DNA of 64,000 nt from Sphingobacteriales bacterium (GTDB lineage: Bacteria > Bacteroidota > Bacteroidia > UKL13-3). Under the pieces are notes generated by a model. That model did not search any database. It saw only the letters and a list, made by a program, of their open reading frames with translations, and was not told the origin of the DNA. The position numbers were made by a program, and so were the translations under genes. The stretch lies in assembly GCA_021299635.1 (NCBI GenBank), contig JAJTFA010000002.1, positions 249,110 to 313,109 of the forward strand, given 5' to 3'. Positions 58,801 to 64,000 of the stretch are shown piece by piece (the first letter of the stretch is position 1; every line of letters begins with the position of its first letter).

Positions 58801-61800
58801 GCAGTAAGTTCGCCATCATTTAATGTAGTGCCTTCTGCATGCACAAACATGCGTAGCTTACCATATCTTCTTAAATCTACATTGGTTACATTTTTAAATA
58901 CACCTCTTGCATCTGCATCTTTGAGGTTACAAATCTGAACCGATAATGATTGTTCATTTTGTTGAATGGCTTGGGGCGCACTAAAATCAAGTTCACGTTG
59001 TATGCCCGGAGGTGTAACATAAGGTAAAGGCACACGGAATCGATTTTCTTCTATGTTTACTGTAGATACTACAAACTTCGTATCATCATCCGGATCGCTG
59101 GGTTTATTTTCTTTGCCCTGCTCTAAGCTTCCTAAATATTTTCTCCAATCGGCACGTACCAATTGAAATGCACCTAAACGCAATACCATCTGGTCTTCAA
59201 AGCCGCGCATAAACACGCGCATAAAACGAATGGATTTGAAATCTAAAATCTGCCCAACTCGTTTCTCATATTCTCTGATGGGTACCTTTAGCTGATACCA
59301 GGTTACTTGCTCATTGGTTCCATTTTCAAGCTTTACAGTTGTAACCACACTATCGGTTACATAGTTTTGTCCAACAACTAATCTTTCTTTACTGATATCA
59401 ATTCTATACTGATAATATTCTTCAATATCGTTTAATGTATAATCTCTGTTGATGTCTTCCATATCAGGCAGGTTGGTTGCTACAGGTGGCGGAGATGCTG
59501 CAGATACAGGTGAGTTTCCCTGTGTGTTTGAAAAATAACGGAAGCGGTCTAATATAGATGGAGAGTTTATATTGAGGTAGAATTGGAAATTATCTTTTGA
59601 TGGATCTTCGTTTGCAAGCTGATAGGCAATAGATGTAGTTCCATAGAGATTGGCTACTTGTTGCAGATAATTATTGCTAAAGTGTAAGCGCTCGCCTTCG
59701 TCATTTAGCCCATCTAATCCCACATCTTGCAGTTCTCTGGAGGCAGGGTCGGCATCAAAGGCATAGTTTATTACCGGTTGTCTGGTAACCCGCCCCCAAA
59801 CTGTTGTATCAATTGCCAGGCTGAGGTCATTGGCTCTTGGTAACCCATTTTCTGCAGCTTTCCGATTATCGCGCAGCACATCCTCAGAAATATTACCCAG
59901 GTTTATATAAAGTTGTCCGCGGTTATTTTGATTGGGGTTAGACAGGTAAGGATCGAGCATCCATATTTCAATATAATCAATATTAGCGGCTTCAAAATCA
60001 TTCTGATCTATTTTGCGCATAAGTCCGCCCCAATTGTTCTTAGGGTCCTTAAGTGTTCCGTCTGCATTAAGGCCTGAAAGGGTGTAGTTAAAAGGGCCTC
60101 TCTCCTTTGGATAAAATGCAAAATCAAGCGTGGCAATATTTTGAGGCATCCCTTGCTGTATTTGCCTGCTTGGGTAAATCTCGTTTACAAATATTTGCCG
60201 TACCCGGTGATTGGACAACTCCTCGTCAGTTATATTGGTTGGCCTAAATGGATTTCCCTCTTGGTAAAAATTTGTAGGGATAGAATACCAAGATAATTGC
60301 GCGCGTCTGAAACCATAAGTTAAGTCGTTCAATAAATTTCCTTCAGGAAATAAATCGGTTTGACCTTGAGGAGTGCTGGCTAGAACCCAATTGTTGGTTC
60401 CGCGCAAATCAATCTGGGTTTCGCTTCCTTCAAAATCATCCAGATAGGCAGTACCTCCTTGCGCAAGTGCACCTTGCACACCGGGAAATAAGCGGGCATA
60501 TTCTGCAGATAAAGTTAAATCTGATTTTTCTTTTGTTTCAATAAAGGGTAATGCATCTACAATCTTGGTAATTAAGCGCGATTCAGTTTTATAGGAGCCA
60601 TCAAACCCTATCATTACATTTGAGATAGGTTCTTCATTCAAGTTTACTTTTGGTGTTAGTGGCCGCTCATTGAGCCACAAGACCGTTCCGCCAAGAAGGA
60701 AATCACGGTTTACCTTGAAATCAAACCTTGAGCCCATCAGTGTTTTTTGCTGGATACTAAAGAGTGAATTACTTTCTGATGATACTTTGATAATGGCACC
60801 GGAGTTTAGTAATCCGGTATTGATGATGCGCACGCGTCCGATATTGTAATCAACAGTAAAATCAACATTTTCGGTAAGAGGAGCACCGTTGGCAGTAACC
60901 CTTACTGAGCCTCGCGGCACATTTGTTGAATTGAGTGATATTTCATTGGTTGATTGCCCCTGATAGCTTCCGCGGAGAAAAAATTTATTGTACTGTGGCA
61001 GTTGTATGGCCGCAAAGCGGGTAGAGTCATACAGTTCATAAAAGCAATAGTAACGTGCGCGTGAAGGATCATTTATAAACTTTTTTTGCAAATAAGTACC
61101 GAATGGCTCAACCATTGGAAAAATAATACGGCCCTGTTGCGTATTGATGGTAACTCCTTCAATAAAATCAAACAAACCATCAGGAGCCCTTTCCTGCTGG
61201 GTATTTAAATTATCCAGATTAAATACACTTACCAAGGGCACACCAATTAAAGCTGGTTCATTTTGTGCAGGTATATAGTTTAAATCTGCTCCAGATGGGT
61301 CATCTGCATAAATAATATTGAGACGAAAATCTTTTTGCTGTACGCCAAATGTTCCTAATGAGTAAATATTTTTCATCATTAGATCCCAGATAGGTAGGTC
61401 AGGTCTGAGTGATGGACCCTTTAGCATTTTGGTAAAAAGCACATTGGGTTGTTGCGCATTTACCGGCACATCGGTAGTAAATTCACCCACCTTATAAACC
61501 TTGCCGTTTAATGTATATTCATAAGCTACGCAAAGTACATCGTCATTGTTCAGTGTTTGATTTAATGAGATATAGCCTAGCCTTGGATTTATAGTGTATT
61601 CATTGGCACTTAATAATCTTGAATAATTAATCATCTGATATTGAGAGATGGCCTGAAGTTTTGTTTGATTTTGATCACGCAGCAACTGATTTTGCACGTC
61701 AAAGGAAGAACGAAGTGCATCTTTATTGCTGTTTAATGAACGGCCCAGCAGGTAATCATATAAGCCATTTGTAAGGTTATTTGGAAACGTATCAAACGGA

Positions 61801-62981
61801 ATTGGATTTACATTCCAGTTTTTATTATCTCTTCTCGATGCTTCACCCATATCTGCAAATCCAACTACATCTCTGGAATTATCAAAAGCACCTGTGCGGT
61901 TTGTTACCCAAACCTCCACACGGTTAATGATAACAGGCGAGCCTATAATTGGCAGGTTTGACAACCACTGATCGTAATTATCCCTAAAATAATGAGATAA
62001 GAAAAAGTGGCGATTCATGTCATAATTATCTCCTTGTATATCAAATCGAGTGGATTGTGCGCCTCCTTGTATCTCTGTTTCGGTCGTTCTGCCTCTTTGC
62101 TGTGTAAATATGGAAGTCATGGTTAATCTTCCAAACTGCATAACTGATTTTACGCCAAATAAGCTTTGGCTGCCCTGAATAAGAGAGGAATTGAGCGGAA
62201 GGCTAACATTACCCAATTCAATCTTTTTTATGATATCATCATCTTTTCCTGCATAATCAAGTTTTACCTGGTTTTCAAAATCAAAAGTAGCTTCGGTATC
62301 ATAATTCAGATTTACTTTTAATCTGTCGCCAATACTTCCTTGAACGCTTAGCTGTATCTTTTGTCTGAAGTCGAATTGCCCGATGGTTTGCTGTTGAGGA
62401 GCAAACGCAGGATTCTTCACTGTATTGAAGTTACCTGAAAAAATAAGTTCTGCCGTACCTCTTGGTCTAATATCAATAACCCCACTTCCAAAAATGCGTT
62501 CAAAAATTTTAGGACCAATTTTGAGTGGTGGTATGATACCGCTGCCACTTGCCATATTATTGGCCTGAGCCCTTTGTCTGAAATAAGCAATGTTTTGTCG
62601 GTTATTTTCTGCTTTCAGTTGCTCAGCAATCGTTACAGAGGCAGGCATACGATACTCTGAATTGCCAATTTGAGAAGAGTAATTGTATCGGTTTTCAGAA
62701 GAATCGAGTGCGTATTTTTCGGAGATATTAGAGGGTTCTGATAAGTCAAGCGGGTGACGATTTGATGCCCGTTCATAAGGAATACGATCTTTTATTGGAA
62801 ATTTTAGTGGCTTGCGGCTGGTGTCTTGAGCACTTGAATCAGGCGGGAGCACAATTTTGAAATCATGACTTTTGGAGTCTTTTTCAGGCAAAACAGCGGG
62901 CGTAGCTCCCCACACCAACGTGATGAAGAAGGCAAAAGCAGATGAAATTGATATGTACTTAAATCCCGATTTACTTGACAA
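55821..62981 (-). CDS. sprA: T9SS translocon / gliding motility cell-surface protein SprA
   Basis: 2386-aa ORF with signal peptide, downstream of ruvA (conserved Bacteroidetes synteny). Giant beta-barrel-like composition. TTG start at 62981; there is no in-frame ATG before ~aa 113. Confidence 0.9.
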   Translation of the reverse strand: MSSKSGFKYISISSAFAFFITLVWGATPAVLPEKDSKSHDFKIVLPPDSSAQDTSRKPLKFPIKDRIPYERASNRHPLDLSEPSNISEKYALDSSENRYNYSSQIGNSEYRMPASVTIAEQLKAENNRQNIAYFRQRAQANNMASGSGIIPPLKIGPKIFERIFGSGVIDIRPRGTAELIFSGNFNTVKNPAFAPQQQTIGQFDFRQKIQLSVQGSIGDRLKVNLNYDTEATFDFENQVKLDYAGKDDDIIKKIELGNVSLPLNSSLIQGSQSLFGVKSVMQFGRLTMTSIFTQQRGRTTETEIQGGAQSTRFDIQGDNYDMNRHFFLSHYFRDNYDQWLSNLPIIGSPVIINRVEVWVTNRTGAFDNSRDVVGFADMGEASRRDNKNWNVNPIPFDTFPNNLTNGLYDYLLGRSLNSNKDALRSSFDVQNQLLRDQNQTKLQAISQYQMINYSRLLSANEYTINPRLGYISLNQTLNNDDVLCVAYEYTLNGKVYKVGEFTTDVPVNAQQPNVLFTKMLKGPSLRPDLPIWDLMMKNIYSLGTFGVQQKDFRLNIIYADDPSGADLNYIPAQNEPALIGVPLVSVFNLDNLNTQQERAPDGLFDFIEGVTINTQQGRIIFPMVEPFGTYLQKKFINDPSRARYYCFYELYDSTRFAAIQLPQYNKFFLRGSYQGQSTNEISLNSTNVPRGSVRVTANGAPLTENVDFTVDYNIGRVRIINTGLLNSGAIIKVSSESNSLFSIQQKTLMGSRFDFKVNRDFLLGGTVLWLNERPLTPKVNLNEEPISNVMIGFDGSYKTESRLITKIVDALPFIETKEKSDLTLSAEYARLFPGVQGALAQGGTAYLDDFEGSETQIDLRGTNNWVLASTPQGQTDLFPEGNLLNDLTYGFRRAQLSWYSIPTNFYQEGNPFRPTNITDEELSNHRVRQIFVNEIYPSRQIQQGMPQNIATLDFAFYPKERGPFNYTLSGLNADGTLKDPKNNWGGLMRKIDQNDFEAANIDYIEIWMLDPYLSNPNQNNRGQLYINLGNISEDVLRDNRKAAENGLPRANDLSLAIDTTVWGRVTRQPVINYAFDADPASRELQDVGLDGLNDEGERLHFSNNYLQQVANLYGTTSIAYQLANEDPSKDNFQFYLNINSPSILDRFRYFSNTQGNSPVSAASPPPVATNLPDMEDINRDYTLNDIEEYYQYRIDISKERLVVGQNYVTDSVVTTVKLENGTNEQVTWYQLKVPIREYEKRVGQILDFKSIRFMRVFMRGFEDQMVLRLGAFQLVRADWRKYLGSLEQGKENKPSDPDDDTKFVVSTVNIEENRFRVPLPYVTPPGIQRELDFSAPQAIQQNEQSLSVQICNLKDADARGVFKNVTNVDLRRYGKLRMFVHAEGTTLNDGELTAFVRLGTDLTNNYYEYEIPLKASMLGDAGANNIWPSENEMILELEELINTKIQRTNASHPFTAVYTRDLGGNKKIRVVGLPDLSNVRVMMLGVRNPRAFPGSNDDGLPKCAEVWFNEMRATEFNNNGGWAATARAQVKLADFGTMQVAGNLTTVGFGGIDKKINERTFDDTYQYDIQGSFELGKFLPTKLGISIPIFLSYGNTLVRPFYNPLNPDTRLQKEIDETTNEERRDRISRAADDFTARRSLNFTNIRKNRVGAAKAHVWDIENWTFTYSYSETFRRNQTMEYYILQNYKTITAYQYSFNPKAWEPFNKIIKSKQLTLLKDFNLMFLPQVWGARLETDRRYGVTINRNNDNPLTLIQPLYDKMFTMTRYYEFSYSLSKSLRLDYNATVLARVDEPLGQIDEKTPAKRDSMWNNFWNGGRLMQYDQAIRFNYNIPINKIQQLNFISQSAYSYTVNYQWKQAPPAADSLGNTISNSKTEAWNFNLNMSLLYNKWKFLRDINNPVKKTPRKPADEEEEKKEPNKKDTKTKKKKEDNSPKNYGPFVRIPFKLITSLKNITFAHTTNKGVALPGFKTRPQYLGQNFDNDGPGFDFILAMQDDNYRFRAAENGWLSNDPRITNFYTEDFRENITGRATLEPITDFRIELNMQSQRSLQTSVLFRYDSIRKEFVDVNIPTQTGNFSITYNTLATAFNDPAEVFKRFQENRLAIANRLGQNPELPGGTADSNGFPRGYSRLSQEVLIPAFLSAYGGEDASKIGLTPFPKIPDLNWRITYNGLTKIELIKEYASNVTISNQYTSTYNVGAFQTILPGDTNASPSFTGDYASKYQIRQISITERWGPFIGIDITFVNNIQAKLEYKRDRTMNFTLTNGQLNEQTASEWVIGAGYRASNLAIPMLGGGGRRLVLENEVNFRLDFSIRNNLTKIRYLDRESNDPVQGQVIYDLKPQIDYNFNEKLMMRIFYSYRRTDPATSNSFPTIIQSGGVSLRYTIQ

Positions 62982-62996
62982 AGTAAAGATGCGCCA

Positions 62997-63581
62997 TCAA
63001 AGAATTTTTAGGGTGTTTTTAACTAATTGTTCAACTGTATATTCGGGGTTCTGCTGTTTAATTTTGATAAGCCCTTTTTCCGCTTCAGCCTTACTAAATC
63101 CAAGCATAACAAGCGCTGAAAGGGCCTCTTCCATTTTGGTATTTTTTTCAGTAGCAAAACTGAAACCTTCCGCAGATTCAACCTTCTTTATTTTATTTTT
63201 TAAATCAATCACCACTTTCTGAGCAGTTTTTTCACCGATACCTTTTACCGTTTTAATCAACGCCCAGTTTCCTGCGCTTATTGCTTGCTTAATATCTGCT
63301 GGCTTAAGTGCGGAGAGCATTAGGCGTGCAGTATTGGTACCAACCCCACTAACGGAAATAAGCTGTTTAAATATGGTTCTCTCTTCTTCATCGGCAAATC
63401 CATAGAGGATATGCGCATCTTCTTTGATAATCAGGCAGGTAAGTACTTTAATGCGTTCACTCTCTGCTATTTTTTCAAACGTATTTAATGATATATTTAC
63501 CTCATAGCCAACACCTGAACACTCTACAACTATATAGGTGGGGGTTTTTTCTATCAGTTTTCCTTCCAGATGCGATATCAA
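62997..63581 (-). CDS. ruvA: Holliday junction branch migration complex subunit RuvA
   Basis: (M)ISHLEGKLIEKTPTYIVVECSGVGYEVNISLNTF..., HhH motifs ...ISVSGVGTNTARLML... and ...VKGIGEKTAQKVV... TTG start at 63581 fits homolog N-termini; the tracked ORF begins at another TTG at 63662. Confidence 0.85.
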   Translation of the reverse strand: MISHLEGKLIEKTPTYIVVECSGVGYEVNISLNTFEKIAESERIKVLTCLIIKEDAHILYGFADEEERTIFKQLISVSGVGTNTARLMLSALKPADIKQAISAGNWALIKTVKGIGEKTAQKVVIDLKNKIKKVESAEGFSFATEKNTKMEEALSALVMLGFSKAEAEKGLIKIKQQNPEYTVEQLVKNTLKIL

Positions 63582-63621
63582 AGCGTTTAATTGATTAAAG
63601 ATAAGTCTGCTAAAATAAGAA

Positions 63622-63990
63622 ATGTTTGTAATTTTGAATGCATTTCGGGCATTTATGATCAAATATTTAAAAATTATATTAACCGCATTTTTACTGCTTC
63701 AGTGCTTTTATGCATTTGAATTACAGTCACTTAAAGCCGAATTGCCTCCACCCATCGGTACACATCGTGTGATACATGCCAATGGCAGAATTGCTGAAAC
63801 AGGCCACTATAAAAACGGTCTGAAACACCGCATATGGCATTATTACAATGCAAATGGGGTGAGAGTAAAAAGAGAAAAATGGCTAGATGGCACATTGATT
63901 TGGCAGGTATTTTATAATGAGAGGGGGCGCACAATAAGAACCATTGACAAGTATGGTAATGTTAAAGAATTCTCTGGTTGTGGATGCTGA
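63622..63990 (+). CDS. MORN-repeat (YwqK-like) hypothetical exported protein
   Basis: Signal peptide. Repeats GHYKNGLKHRIWHYYNANG... and G(T/K)...W..YYE.G are MORN-variant-like. Confidence 0.45.
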   Translation: MFVILNAFRAFMIKYLKIILTAFLLLQCFYAFELQSLKAELPPPIGTHRVIHANGRIAETGHYKNGLKHRIWHYYNANGVRVKREKWLDGTLIWQVFYNERGRTIRTIDKYGNVKEFSGCGC

Positions 63991-64000
63991 GGCTAATCAA

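Noticed and set aside
1-64000. Searched intergenic regions and both strands for tRNA/rRNA genes, CRISPR repeat-spacer arrays, transposases/integrases, IS inverted repeats and phage genes
   Set aside because: None found. Intergenic regions are short and AT-rich with no cloverleaf-like GC-rich segments, no periodic direct repeats and no recombinase ORFs.

Overview
This 64-kb window is a chromosomal segment from a Bacteroidetes genome. The T9SS/gliding hallmarks are a 2386-aa SprA immediately downstream of ruvA, a PorQ/PorV-like outer-membrane barrel, and two secreted proteins with C-terminal T9SS sorting domains. No rRNA, tRNA, CRISPR array, transposase or integrase was found. Most genes are housekeeping: lnt, tatC, rpiB, meaB, rluD, suhB-like, rpsT, asd, sucD, truA, thiL, ruvX, def, dxs, menF, a msbA-like ABC exporter, and beta-oxidation genes (thiolase, crotonase, hydroxyacyl-CoA dehydrogenase, fadD-like). 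Three things stand out.

1. Light-harvesting module. A proteorhodopsin-type proton pump gene (13817-14533) carries the DTE motif, Met at the tuning site and the Schiff-base Lys. Directly downstream is one 673-aa ORF that fuses a lycopene beta-cyclase (CrtY-like) domain to a Brp/Blh beta-carotene 15,15'-dioxygenase domain. This would convert lycopene to retinal in a single polypeptide. Upstream is an AT-rich 380-bp leader with two inverted repeats.

2. Type III polyketide synthase operon. On the minus strand (46499 to 41407) the order is UbiA prenyltransferase, type III PKS, SAM methyltransferase, FAD oxidoreductase, SDR and flavin reductase. The PKS-MT-FAD core matches the srsABC order of Streptomyces (Funabashi 2008). 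Two ATGA start/stop overlaps indicate translational coupling. An Fe-S bacterial cryptochrome/photolyase (PhrB-like) follows 14 bp downstream, and a TPR-sensor two-component system lies divergently upstream. I predict prenylated/methylated alkylresorcinol or alkylquinone lipids, possibly linked to photoprotection.

3. Smaller oddities. A conserved small DMT-family membrane protein gene is interrupted by an in-frame TAA, so it is a pseudogene, an assembly error, or recoded. Several genes use TTG or GTG starts (sprA, ruvA and others). An orphan wHTH protein and repeated TGCAAA boxes upstream of fadD are also noted.
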